Assembly: GCA_035528575.1 (NCBI GenBank)
Contig: DATKYK010000029.1
Coordinates: forward strand, 14,824-78,823
Length of the DNA: 64,000 nt
Direction: 5' to 3'
DNA from: Dehalococcoidia bacterium
Lineage (GTDB): Bacteria > Chloroflexota > Dehalococcoidia > E44-bin15
Under the pieces are notes generated by a model. The model made no database searches. It was not told the DNA's origin and saw only the letters and a list, made by a program, of their open reading frames with translations. Each line of letters opens with the position of its first letter. Positions within the stretch are counted from its first letter, which is position 1. Below, piece after piece: positions 29,453 through 39,011 of this stretch. Position numbers and translations under genes: made by a program.

Positions 29453-31777
29453 ATGGACACCCTAGCCTTTCTTGACCAGCTTAAAGAGCACCCCTCCTAC
29501 AGGAATCAGATTGCCCATGTTGAGCAGATAGCCAGCCGCCAGCAAAGCTATGGCGAGCTGGCCGAACCTCTCCACCCCACGCTCCATAGCTACCTGGAAG
29601 CGGCGCACCTGCTCCCCCTTTATAGCCACCAGGCGCAGGCGATAAACGCCGCCCGCTCGGCGAAGAATGTCTTTATAGTCACCCCCGCGGCCAGCGGCAA
29701 GACCCTCTGCTACAACGTGCCGGTGCTGGATGCGGCACTTAACGACACGAGGAGTTGTGCTCTCTATCTCTTCCCCACCAAGGCGCTCTCACAGGATCAG
29801 CTCCGGGGCTTACGAGAGCTTTTCGCTCTGCCCCAACCTTCATCCCCCATTCTTGCCCTCCCCGGACTGGATTGTGCCATCTTCGATGGCGATACCCCGC
29901 CAGAGGAGCGGGGTGAGATCAAGCGGTCATCTCGGCTGGTGCTCACCAACCCCGATATGCTTCACCTGGGCATTCTACCCAACCACCAGTCCTGGTCAAG
30001 GTTTCTGCACCATCTTCGCTATGTGGTAGTAGATGAGGCCCATGTCTATAGGGGCATCTTTGGCTCCCATGTAGCCAACGTGCTGCGCCGGCTGAGGCGG
30101 CTCTCGGCCCTCTATGGGGCAAATCCCCAGTTTATCTGTTGCTCGGCCACCATCGCCAACCCAGGAGAGCATATCGAGCGTCTGGTGGACCTCCCCTTCG
30201 AGGTAATCGATAAGGATGGCTCCCCCTACGGAGGGAAGGATTTCGTCTTCTGGAATCCCCCGGTCATTGACCGTGCCAGGGCAACCAGGCGCAGCGCCAA
30301 TACCGAGGCCACCCTGCTACTCACCGAGCTGGTGAGCGGGGGGTGGCGAACCATCACCTTCGCCCGAACACGTAAGCTCACCGAGCTCATCTACATCTAT
30401 GCCAGGGAACAACTGGCCAAGGATAGAGCTGAGCTGGCCCAGAGAATAAAACCCTACCGGGCTGGCTACCTCCCGGAGGAGCGACGTCAGATTGAGCGCC
30501 AGCTCTTCGAGGGTGATCTTCTGGGAGTGGTGGCGACCACCGCCCTGGAGCTTGGGATCGATATTGGAAGCCTCGATGCCACCGTGCTCACCGGCTACCC
30601 GGGGAGCATTGCCAGCACCTGGCAGCAGGCGGGAAGGAGTGGACGGGGTGGGGAAAGGTCACTCAGCTTTCTCATCGCTCTGGACAACCCCCTGGACCAG
30701 TATTTCATGCGACATCCTGAGGCATTCTTCGGTAAGGGTTTCGAGTATGTCCTCATCAATCAGGCTAACCCCTATATACTGAAGCACCATCTCCTTTGCG
30801 CCGCCTGGGAGCGCCCCCTGGATGACAGAGATGGAGATATTTTCGGTACCAGCTTCGCCCGGGCAAGGGATGAGCTCATGGATGAGGGGCTACTCAGGAA
30901 TCGCCAGAGGAGGTATTATCCCTCGCCCCGCCTCACCTACCCCGCCGAAGGGGTGAACATCCGTTCCGCATCCTCGGATCGCTATACCGTGGTCGATGTC
31001 TCTCAAGGCAACCGGGAGATGGAGACGGTAGAGGCGGCGGTGGCTTTTTTTCAGATTCACCCCGGCGCCATCTACCTTCACCAGGGGGAATCCTTCCTGG
31101 TTAGTGAGCTGGATATCCCATCGCGCACCGCATATGCCCGGCCCATAGATGCCGATTACTACACCCAGACAAAAGACACCACCGACCTCTCGATCTCCAA
31201 GGTGAATTTGGAAAAGGAGGCACTAGGGGTTAAGGTCCACCTAGGCGAGGTGACGGTGACCACGACAGTAGTGAGCTTTAGAAAGCGCAGGCAGTTCACC
31301 GAGGAAATTATCGGGGAGGAGCCACTGGATCTGCCATCACAGACCTTTCCCACCATCGCCCTCTGGTTCGATATCCCGAGCCATGTTATCCCCCAGCTTG
31401 CCACAGGGGGGCTCGATCTCGCCGGCGGTCTTCATGCTACTGAGCACGCAGCCATCGCACTCCTCCCCCTTTTCGCTCTGTGCGATAGAAACGACATCGG
31501 GGGCCTTTCCACGCCGGCCCACCCCGACACCGGGAATGCCCAGGTATTTATCTATGATGCCTACCCCGGCGGAATCGGCATCGCCGAGAAGGGCTTCGAA
31601 CTGATCGAGCAGCTCTGGCAGGCAACGCTTAAGGCGATCTCTGAGTGCCCCTGCGAGAGCGGCTGTCCCAGTTGCATTCAATCGCCCAAGTGCGGCAATA
31701 ACAACGAGCCCCTGGATAAGAGGGCAGCACAGCTCATCCTGGAAGCGCTGGTGAGGCGTAACACTCCAGTGCCGTAA
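29453..31777 (+). CDS. DEAD/DEAH-box helicase with C-terminal DUF1998 zinc-binding domain (MrfA/YprA-like)
   Basis: Motif I TPAASGKT, motif II VVDEAH, motif VI QQAGRSGR, and a C-terminal CPCESGCPSCIQSPKCGNNN motif. Confidence 0.8.
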   Translation: MDTLAFLDQLKEHPSYRNQIAHVEQIASRQQSYGELAEPLHPTLHSYLEAAHLLPLYSHQAQAINAARSAKNVFIVTPAASGKTLCYNVPVLDAALNDTRSCALYLFPTKALSQDQLRGLRELFALPQPSSPILALPGLDCAIFDGDTPPEERGEIKRSSRLVLTNPDMLHLGILPNHQSWSRFLHHLRYVVVDEAHVYRGIFGSHVANVLRRLRRLSALYGANPQFICCSATIANPGEHIERLVDLPFEVIDKDGSPYGGKDFVFWNPPVIDRARATRRSANTEATLLLTELVSGGWRTITFARTRKLTELIYIYAREQLAKDRAELAQRIKPYRAGYLPEERRQIERQLFEGDLLGVVATTALELGIDIGSLDATVLTGYPGSIASTWQQAGRSGRGGERSLSFLIALDNPLDQYFMRHPEAFFGKGFEYVLINQANPYILKHHLLCAAWERPLDDRDGDIFGTSFARARDELMDEGLLRNRQRRYYPSPRLTYPAEGVNIRSASSDRYTVVDVSQGNREMETVEAAVAFFQIHPGAIYLHQGESFLVSELDIPSRTAYARPIDADYYTQTKDTTDLSISKVNLEKEALGVKVHLGEVTVTTTVVSFRKRRQFTEEIIGEEPLDLPSQTFPTIALWFDIPSHVIPQLATGGLDLAGGLHATEHAAIALLPLFALCDRNDIGGLSTPAHPDTGNAQVFIYDAYPGGIGIAEKGFELIEQLWQATLKAISECPCESGCPSCIQSPKCGNNNEPLDKRAAQLILEALVRRNTPVP

Positions 31778-32190
31778 ACGCCTAAACACGCTCGTAAAAG
31801 AAAAGACTCAGGTTTCCACCGCGTATTAGTATTGATGAGGGTACAGGCTTACCTAGCTATGTAGACGATTAGAAGTCATCTGGTCGCGTTTATATATATG
31901 GGCGACACTCTATAGCTAGTATTATCACCTCACCCATACTACCCCGGAGATTACTTTGTCCCCTACACGTCGGGGTCCTCGCAACAACGATTCAACTGCC
32001 TGCATGCACACCACCTCTATGATTGTTTTGTAAACCGAAGCAGAAAAGCCGTACCACTTTTCGCCCCAAATCGGCATCGCAACGATAGCGCCAACTGTTT
32101 AGCGGCAATAATAAATAGTATACTGGACGAGTTCATCCTGTTTGCCATTGGCCCAGATTGTGGTAAAATTGGCGGGTAAGGTGGCTACAG

Positions 32191-33135
32191 ATGAGTACGG
32201 TCGGTAAAAAGGACGAGAAGCTAAATATCGAGACCATAAAGTGGGGCAAGATCACCTGGCTCAACATCGAAAAGCCTACCAGGTCGGACATGGATTACCT
32301 TGCTAAGAACTACCTGTTTAACCCTTTTGACCTGGAGGACTGCCTCTCAAGGATCGAGCGTCCCAAGATAGATGAATATCAAAATTACCTTTTTCTAGTG
32401 CTTCACTTCCCGGTATTTAAAATGGAGGCGCGGGTGACCGCGCCCAGCCAGGTCTCCATCTTTATCGGCGAGGGCTTCGTGGTTACGGTTCACACCGGCG
32501 ATCTCAAGCCTCTGGAGAAACTTTTTAATGATTGCCAGCAGAATGAACGGGCGCGGGAGGAGCACATGGCGCGCAGCTCGGGCTATCTCCTTTACCGCAT
32601 CCTCGACCGGCTGGTGGACTACTGCTTTCCTATCACGAATAGGATTATCGTTAATGTGGAGGAGGCAGAGGACCATCTTTTCAGCGAGCCAGCCCGTGAT
32701 ACGGTTCGAGAGATCTCGATTCTCAGACGGGACATCATGGCCTATCGCCGCATTATTCGCCCCCAGCCCTCTATCCTTAAATCTCTGGAGGTTAGGGACT
32801 ACCCCTTCCTCAGGGAGGACCTCGATGTTTACTTCGGTGACATCGGCGACCACATTGGCAAGATCTCCGAGACCTTGGATGAGTATAAGGAGGTGGTGGA
32901 GGGGCTAAGTGCCACCAGCGACTCCCTTTTCTCTCACCGCACCAATGAGGTAATGAAGATGCTCACTGTTCTAGGGACCATTCTCCTCCCCCTGCTAGTG
33001 ATCTCAGGTCTCTATGGCATGAACGTCCCTTTACCCTTCGAGGATAGCTCCTTCGCATTTCTGTTCATAATTCTGGTAACGCTGTGTGTCTCCGGGAGTA
33101 TGCTGGGCTATTTCCGCTACAGAAGATGGTTCTGA
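32191..33135 (+). CDS. corA: CorA-family Mg2+/Co2+ transporter
   Basis: A GMN motif (LYGMNVPLPF) and two C-terminal TM helices. The length is 314 aa. Confidence 0.85.
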   Translation: MSTVGKKDEKLNIETIKWGKITWLNIEKPTRSDMDYLAKNYLFNPFDLEDCLSRIERPKIDEYQNYLFLVLHFPVFKMEARVTAPSQVSIFIGEGFVVTVHTGDLKPLEKLFNDCQQNERAREEHMARSSGYLLYRILDRLVDYCFPITNRIIVNVEEAEDHLFSEPARDTVREISILRRDIMAYRRIIRPQPSILKSLEVRDYPFLREDLDVYFGDIGDHIGKISETLDEYKEVVEGLSATSDSLFSHRTNEVMKMLTVLGTILLPLLVISGLYGMNVPLPFEDSSFAFLFIILVTLCVSGSMLGYFRYRRWF

Positions 33136-33172
33136 TAAACGTTGCGACACCCCTATATGATGGTGAGTTTCG

Positions 33173-33856
33173 GTGGAAACTAGGTTCTCAGGGCGCTTCG
33201 TAGTTGTCGTCGCCATCTTCATTACCTGCCTCATCACTGCGAACATTATAGCCGTCAAGTTGATCCCCACCGGCATCGGCGGTGGTGCCCTACCCGCCGC
33301 CATCATAATCTTCCCCCTGAGCTATATCTTCGGCGACATCCTCACCGAGGTCTATGGCTACCGCACCGCCAGAAGGGTTATATGGCTAGGCTTTACCTGC
33401 AACCTGATTGCAGTCATCGCCATCTGGCTCGGAGGGTTACTACCACCAGCTTCAGAGTGGGAACACCAGACAGCTTATGAGACAATCCTGGGCTATGCGC
33501 CAAGGTTGCTTCTTGCCTCCTTCGCCGCCTACCTCATAGGGGAGTTCGCCAATTCTTTCATTCTGGCCAAGATGAAGATCGCAACCAGGGGGCGATGGCT
33601 ATGGACCAGGACCATCGGCTCCACCATCGTCGGGCAGGGTCTGGATTCCGCAGTTTTCATCTCCATTGCCTTTGCCGGGACACTATCCTGGTGGCTTATT
33701 GGCACCACCATATTGACCCACTGGCTGGTGAAGACAGGATATGAAACGGTAGCCACTCCATTCACCTACGCGATAGTAAATTACCTGAAAAAGAAAGAGG
33801 GTATCGATACCTACGATTACGACACCAAGTTCAATCCTTTACGAGTTTCGGATTGA
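33173..33856 (+). CDS. Queuosine-precursor transporter (YhhQ / VUT family, DUF165)
   Basis: The motif FPLSYIFGDILTEVYGY. A multi-TM protein of 227 aa with a GTG start. Confidence 0.7.
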   Translation: METRFSGRFVVVVAIFITCLITANIIAVKLIPTGIGGGALPAAIIIFPLSYIFGDILTEVYGYRTARRVIWLGFTCNLIAVIAIWLGGLLPPASEWEHQTAYETILGYAPRLLLASFAAYLIGEFANSFILAKMKIATRGRWLWTRTIGSTIVGQGLDSAVFISIAFAGTLSWWLIGTTILTHWLVKTGYETVATPFTYAIVNYLKKKEGIDTYDYDTKFNPLRVSD

Positions 33857-33891
33857 GCCCGTTCACCCGCGAGAAGCTACACAGATAACAC

Positions 33892-34677
33892 ATGGGGGAT
33901 ACTAATATGGAACTGGAGATACTTGGCGCTCACAACTGCGAGTCTAAGGAGGCGAGGCTCACCTCTCTACTTATCGATGGTACTATTGCCATCGACGTCG
34001 GCAGCCTCACTGCAAGCCTCTCAATCGAAGAGCAGAGAAGGGTAAGAGCGATCCTCATCACCCACCGCCACTTCGATCATATCAGGGACATGGCCACCTT
34101 CGGCATGAATGTCTACATGGCGGGTCCAATAAATATCTATGCCCTGGATAGCGTGCTCGCTGCGATTTCCACTCACATCTTAAACGACGTGCTCTATCCA
34201 GACTTCCAAAACAAACCATCCCCCCAGAAACCAGCCTTCAAATTCTGCCCCCTGGAGCCAAACAAGGAGGTGATTATCGAGGGATATGCTGTTTTGCCCC
34301 TCCCGGTGAACCATCCTGTCCCCACAATAGGCTATCAGGTCACTGCCCCAGATAAAAAGAGCATCTTTTACACAGCGGATACGGGAAGGAATCCCTCGTC
34401 CCTCTGGGAGGCGGTCTCGCCAGGGCTCCTTGTCACTGAGGTGAGCTTACCTAATAAGTACGAGCCTTTCGCACAGGAGACCGGGCATCTTACCCCGCGA
34501 CTTTTGAAGCAGGAGCTTCTTGATTTCAAGAGGGTCAGGGGATACCTGCCTCCCGTCGTCACGATCCACCTGAGCCCCCACGTTGAGGCTGAGATCGAGG
34601 AAGAGGTGGCACAGGTTGCCAAAGAACTGGCAGCGGATATAACCCTGGGCAATGAGGGAATGAAGGTCTTTATCTAG
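33892..34677 (+). CDS. MBL-fold metallo-hydrolase
   Basis: The motif ILITHRHFDHIRD. Confidence 0.7.
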   Translation: MGDTNMELEILGAHNCESKEARLTSLLIDGTIAIDVGSLTASLSIEEQRRVRAILITHRHFDHIRDMATFGMNVYMAGPINIYALDSVLAAISTHILNDVLYPDFQNKPSPQKPAFKFCPLEPNKEVIIEGYAVLPLPVNHPVPTIGYQVTAPDKKSIFYTADTGRNPSSLWEAVSPGLLVTEVSLPNKYEPFAQETGHLTPRLLKQELLDFKRVRGYLPPVVTIHLSPHVEAEIEEEVAQVAKELAADITLGNEGMKVFI

Positions 34678-34747
34678 CGAACCGGGCAAGAAGGACAAAA
34701 AGCCTCCGCAATATTTTAAAGGAGCGATATAGCTCAATTAGTTATAT

Positions 34748-35239
34748 TTGGTGATAAAAAATAAAATGAGCGCGAGCTTTATTGTGGATACCAATGTAGG
34801 CAAACTGGCACGCTGGCTCAGGATGCTGGGCTATGACACCCTTTTCATCAACGAAATCGATGACGATGAGCTTATAGCCATCGGCCTAAAGGAGAAGAGG
34901 GTGCTACTCACCAGGGATACCCAGATCATGCTGCGGCGGGTGGTCACCAGCGGTCGGCTGAAGGCTATTCTCATCCAGAGCGATGACGTCAAGGAGCAAT
35001 TGCGCCAGGTGGTGCGGATGATGAGGTTAGACCAGAAACGAAAATTCAGCCGCTGCGTGGAGTGCAACGAGCCGCTTGTCCCTAAAAGAAAGGATGAGGT
35101 ACAACAACTGGTGCCCCCCTATGTCTTCAAGACACAGTCCAACTATTACCAGTGCCCCAGTTGCCAGAGGGTCTACTGGCGGGCCACTCACTGGCAGCGG
35201 ATGAACCAGGAGCTGGAGGTGATCATGGGAGCGGAGTAA
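34748..35239 (+). CDS. Mut7-C RNase domain protein (DUF82; PIN-like plus zinc ribbon)
   Basis: An N-terminal VDTNVGKLARWLRMLGYD motif and a C-terminal CxxC...CxxC. Confidence 0.65.
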   Translation: MVIKNKMSASFIVDTNVGKLARWLRMLGYDTLFINEIDDDELIAIGLKEKRVLLTRDTQIMLRRVVTSGRLKAILIQSDDVKEQLRQVVRMMRLDQKRKFSRCVECNEPLVPKRKDEVQQLVPPYVFKTQSNYYQCPSCQRVYWRATHWQRMNQELEVIMGAE

Positions 35240-35357
35240 TGAGGGAGCCGGCGCGCCAGTTCGCCGAGCGAGGGGTGGCAGAGATTAAGCGAACCGTCTT
35301 TCTGCTTCACCGCCCTTAGGAGCGTAACAATTGCTGGAAATGCTCTACCAAACGTTT

Positions 35358-36071
35358 CTACCGCCTTGCTAACACCTTAGGGTCTTCCGTATGTAGAGAC
35401 TCCAGCTTTCTAGCCAGACGAACTCCTATTGGTCGAGAAGCCTCATCATTCTTGAACAAATAGTATTGCTTTTGCATTGACATATTGATTCCTTCTTCTT
35501 CCGTGAATAACACACCGCTTAGTTTCTGATAGCGCTTTGGGTCCGCCTCAATCTCTTGTCGGATATAGGTGAAGGCATCTCTCACGTCAATATGTCGTAC
35601 TTGTATAGTGCTACTCCAATAAACTACTATATTTATTTCTCCATACGAAAAATGACTCAATTCGCCCCCAATTTTCGATATTATATCCTGTGCGCTATTA
35701 GATGCAACAAAACCTGCCTCCGATTTCTCCCAATTATCGTCTTCTTCATTCGGGCGTCTTCTTGTTACTTCAAAATAGACAGTCTGATGGTTGTAATCCG
35801 CTTTTACGTCTGGCCCCTTAGAGGAATATTCAATGTGGATTTGTGAAAATCCATTCCTGCTGAGAATGCGAGCGAATCGCCCCTCCTTCGTAATATCCAG
35901 GTACTCTTGTCGGGTAGCAACTCTTTCTGATAATATACGAACAAATGCATCTATGCCTTGGACACCACAGCTTTGAAGTTCCGTAACCAGTTCCTTTATA
36001 CGTCTTATATCAAAATCTTCGTAGTCAGCTTGGACCATTTTAATAAACAACTTATTCATCATATGCCCCAC
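35358..36071 (-). CDS. Hypothetical protein (237 aa) in a locally AT-rich patch
   Basis: The ORF has atypical, lower GC than its neighbours and no recognisable family. Confidence 0.45.
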   Translation of the reverse strand: MGHMMNKLFIKMVQADYEDFDIRRIKELVTELQSCGVQGIDAFVRILSERVATRQEYLDITKEGRFARILSRNGFSQIHIEYSSKGPDVKADYNHQTVYFEVTRRRPNEEDDNWEKSEAGFVASNSAQDIISKIGGELSHFSYGEINIVVYWSSTIQVRHIDVRDAFTYIRQEIEADPKRYQKLSGVLFTEEEGINMSMQKQYYLFKNDEASRPIGVRLARKLESLHTEDPKVLARR

Positions 36072-36211
36072 GCCCTACGTAACTTGTAAGCGCTTTGGCA
36101 ATGTTTAACCACACAAGGCCTCAGGCTTTGCCTTGCTTGAATTAGTACACCCTTTAGTGCTAACACGGTCAATTCGTGGAAGTAATCATGGCAGCGACAA
36201 AGCAGAAGATT

Positions 36212-36484
36212 TCAGCCACCGACAGCTGCAAGCAGGATCAAGAGTTCATCACCATCCTTCAACTCTGCATCAACGGAAGCCTGTCGTCTGTTGATGAAGA
36301 GACGAACGTGAGCGGCTACCTCGCCCTGCTTGGTGAACAGCCATCGCCTGAGTCCGGGAAATTGAGCCGTCAGGTTATTCAGGCAGTCAATGTTGTTATC
36401 TGCGGTAATCTCCACCACCTCTTGACCATCTGCGAATTGGCTCAGCAGCAACTGAAGCCTCACCGTGACGCTCATTTTTACCAT
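36212..36484 (-). CDS. MoaD/ThiS-family ubiquitin-like sulfur-carrier protein (C-terminal Gly-Gly)
   Basis: The protein ends ...LLILLAAVGG. The probable start is MVKMSVTVRL. It lies immediately downstream of an E1-like gene. Confidence 0.65.
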   Translation of the reverse strand: MVKMSVTVRLQLLLSQFADGQEVVEITADNNIDCLNNLTAQFPGLRRWLFTKQGEVAAHVRLFINRRQASVDAELKDGDELLILLAAVGG

Positions 36485-36488
36485 TCCT

Positions 36489-37244
36489 TCAGAATCCGCA
36501 CACGCTGCACTCAGGATTTCTGACCAGATCGACAACGGTAAACTCTATCGTCTCCCCGTTGAAATACAACATCTTGCCGGCAAGTAAGTCACCGAAGCCA
36601 GCAAGCAGTTTAAGCGCTTCCGTAACCTGTAAAGCGGCCATTAGAGCGGGCGCGACGCCGAAGGCCGGAACCGCCCCATCTTCTGCGGGAGCCTGCGGGA
36701 AGATGCAGGCAAAACACGGGGTCTTTCCGGGGATTATCGTGGTAATCTCGCCGAGCAGCCCGTTAATCCCGGCATGGATAAAGGGTATGCCAGCACCAAC
36801 ACACGCTGAGTTCAGAATAAACCTGGTCTCAAAATTGTCCATCCCATCTATCACCGCATGCGCTCCTTCGATGATGCCCCCCACATTGGAATGAGTGATC
36901 TTTTCAAAGATAGGGGTGACCTCCACCGAGGGGTTCAACTTGGCGAGCTTTCGCGCCGCTGAGAGCGTCTTCCTCTCACCTATATCCCCCTCCCAATGAA
37001 GAATTTGCCGGTTTAGATTGGAAAGCTCCACAAAGTCGCCGTCTACTATGGTTATGTGACCGATCCCGCCACAGGCCAAATACACGGAGGATGCGGTTCC
37101 CAGCCCACCAAGTCCCGCCACCACCACATGAGACCGCTTGAGTTTCCTCTGCCCCCTTTCGCCGAAGCCGGGGTATGAAATCTGGCGCCCGTATCTGATG
37201 AGATCGCTTTCAGTCAACATGAATCTTTTTCTCCGTTTCGTCAT
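36489..37244 (-). CDS. ThiF/MoeB/HesA-family E1-like adenylyltransferase
   Basis: The motif VVVAGLGGLGTASSVYLACGGIGHITIVDGDFVELSNLNRQ is the ATP-binding Rossmann signature. Confidence 0.85.
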   Translation of the reverse strand: MTKRRKRFMLTESDLIRYGRQISYPGFGERGQRKLKRSHVVVAGLGGLGTASSVYLACGGIGHITIVDGDFVELSNLNRQILHWEGDIGERKTLSAARKLAKLNPSVEVTPIFEKITHSNVGGIIEGAHAVIDGMDNFETRFILNSACVGAGIPFIHAGINGLLGEITTIIPGKTPCFACIFPQAPAEDGAVPAFGVAPALMAALQVTEALKLLAGFGDLLAGKMLYFNGETIEFTVVDLVRNPECSVCGF

Positions 37245-37563
37245 CGAGCCACCGGAGGTAATCTATATTTCCACCCACTATGGGTAAGGCTATGACCTCG
37301 GGTATCTCATAGCTATGATTCTCCTTTATCAACCCGATCAGCTCATCCAACAGCGCCTCCCTTGTCTTAACGATCAGCAGCACTTCATCGGCGGAATCCA
37401 TCTTGCCATGCCACCAAAATATCGAATGCACCTCTGGCACGATGTTAACGCAGGCAGCCTTCCTCCCCTTAGCCAGGACATTGGCTATCTTCCACGCCTC
37501 CTCCGTGGTAGCTGCCATTATGAAAACGACCACGTAACCAGATTTTTCGCTTTGCACTTTCAC
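37210..37563 (-). CDS. cutA: CutA1 divalent-cation tolerance protein
   Basis: 117 aa, with the motif ...AACVNI.P...S.Y.W.G... typical of CutA. Confidence 0.65.
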   Translation of the reverse strand: MKVQSEKSGYVVVFIMAATTEEAWKIANVLAKGRKAACVNIVPEVHSIFWWHGKMDSADEVLLIVKTREALLDELIGLIKENHSYEIPEVIALPIVGGNIDYLRWLDDETEKKIHVD

Positions 37564-37565
37564 TC

Positions 37566-38360
37566 CTACACATCAGTGGGGCTGGAGAGCTTCACCTGGC
37601 CCCATACTCCTATCCTGTCATCCTTAATGATCACCACCCCCCTCAGCCCCACAATGCCCCGGGCAAACGCTATACCATTGGGTATGTCACTCGCCTTTTT
37701 AACCGTATTGGCAGTAGCGGTAGCGGCAGCATCAGCCAGGGCAGTGGACGGTGAGAGCACGATAACCGCATCGGCCCGGCCTAAGCTGATAGAATGCCCC
37801 ACTGTCCCCGAAGAGGTGCAAATCCCCAGAGGCGTCCCCTCAGGCTCAATCTCCAGGGCGAGCCCTCCCGAAAACGGTGAATCACCGGCATAAACCCCCA
37901 CCGTCCTCCTCCTCTGTATGTGGAGGAAAATATCCCCCCCGTTCTCCACGATCACCTCCGGGGAGAGTTTCATTAACTCCCGGCCCACCCCCTCAGCAAT
38001 GGCCCCGGCCACCGCCGCCATTGGACCTACCCCCGCCCTCTGTGCCGCCTCCGCCATCTCACGCACCATCTGAGGGGCATCCTCCGCCACAGGAATAGGC
38101 TCCATGGCAGTGAGGAAGTGGGGGTGAAGCTCGATGTATTGCTCCAGTGAGGTGCGGTATTCCACAATCGCCCTTAGCGCCTCCTCCCGGAGGTTTCTTT
38201 TCGCCCTGAGATAGAGGTCTGTTTCCTTCACCGCTACATGGAAGGAAGTTAGATCACCATCCCTGATCCAATTCCGGTAGGTCCTGGGCTGATCCACTAA
38301 AAATGAACCTCCATCGCCCTGGGTGGACAAGCCAGCACGCAAAGCTCGCAGGCGGTGCAC
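37566..38360 (-). CDS. ApbE-like COG2122/UPF0280-family protein (assignment mostly contextual)
   Basis: 264 aa, Ala/Gly-rich. It sits between the NIL-ferredoxin and ThiF genes, as in the methanogen homocysteine clusters. Motif evidence is weak. Confidence 0.35.
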   Translation of the reverse strand: MHRLRALRAGLSTQGDGGSFLVDQPRTYRNWIRDGDLTSFHVAVKETDLYLRAKRNLREEALRAIVEYRTSLEQYIELHPHFLTAMEPIPVAEDAPQMVREMAEAAQRAGVGPMAAVAGAIAEGVGRELMKLSPEVIVENGGDIFLHIQRRRTVGVYAGDSPFSGGLALEIEPEGTPLGICTSSGTVGHSISLGRADAVIVLSPSTALADAAATATANTVKKASDIPNGIAFARGIVGLRGVVIIKDDRIGVWGQVKLSSPTDV

Positions 38361-38707
38361 TTTTCCTCATCGAAATTCACCATCCTGGTTTTAGGATCGA
38401 TTGCCAGCGCCCCGGTGGGGCAAATAACCACACAGGCCCCACAATGAGTGCACCTGGCATCGTTGCGCATGATGTCCTGACCCAATGACTGAATCCCCAC
38501 CCCCGCCTCCTGTAGATAGCGGATGCCCTTATCATAGTCGCCACGGTTCCCGGATAGCTCCAGCACCATAATCCCCTCCTCCTTTGGGGTCACCGACGCC
38601 TTCAGTATGTTGAGCACCAGGTCGTAGTCCCTGACCAACCGGTGGATTATCGGCTGGTCCACCATTCGAGACGGAAAGTGCAACACCACCCTTTTAGAAA
38701 TAGTCAT
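38297..38707 (-). CDS. NIL-domain / 2x[4Fe-4S] ferredoxin fusion protein
   Basis: The N-terminal NIL-like domain is followed by CTHCGACVVICP and CTACELCVLACP. Confidence 0.75.
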   Translation of the reverse strand: MTISKRVVLHFPSRMVDQPIIHRLVRDYDLVLNILKASVTPKEEGIMVLELSGNRGDYDKGIRYLQEAGVGIQSLGQDIMRNDARCTHCGACVVICPTGALAIDPKTRMVNFDEEKCTACELCVLACPPRAMEVHF

Positions 38708-39011
38708 TTTTCAACCTCTCTTTACAGTCAAGTATCGCCTATAAAATATATCATCAACCTACTCGTGCTACTTCTTTTTTACACGGTTTGCGCTCAAGCT
38801 CCCTCTCATCCCGACAAAAAACTATTTGTGATAGCTCGGGCATAGAGAAAGTGTTAAGCCACCGCCTTCAATTGTATTTGCCACTTGTGGATGTCATCTT
38901 TGGCAAGCCTGAGGTATCGGGCGATGGTCCTGCAAGATGCTATAGTTATCCGCTTTTCCATATAGTTGACACCTATACAATACATCTCCACGGGTAACAC
39001 TTTGTATCTAA

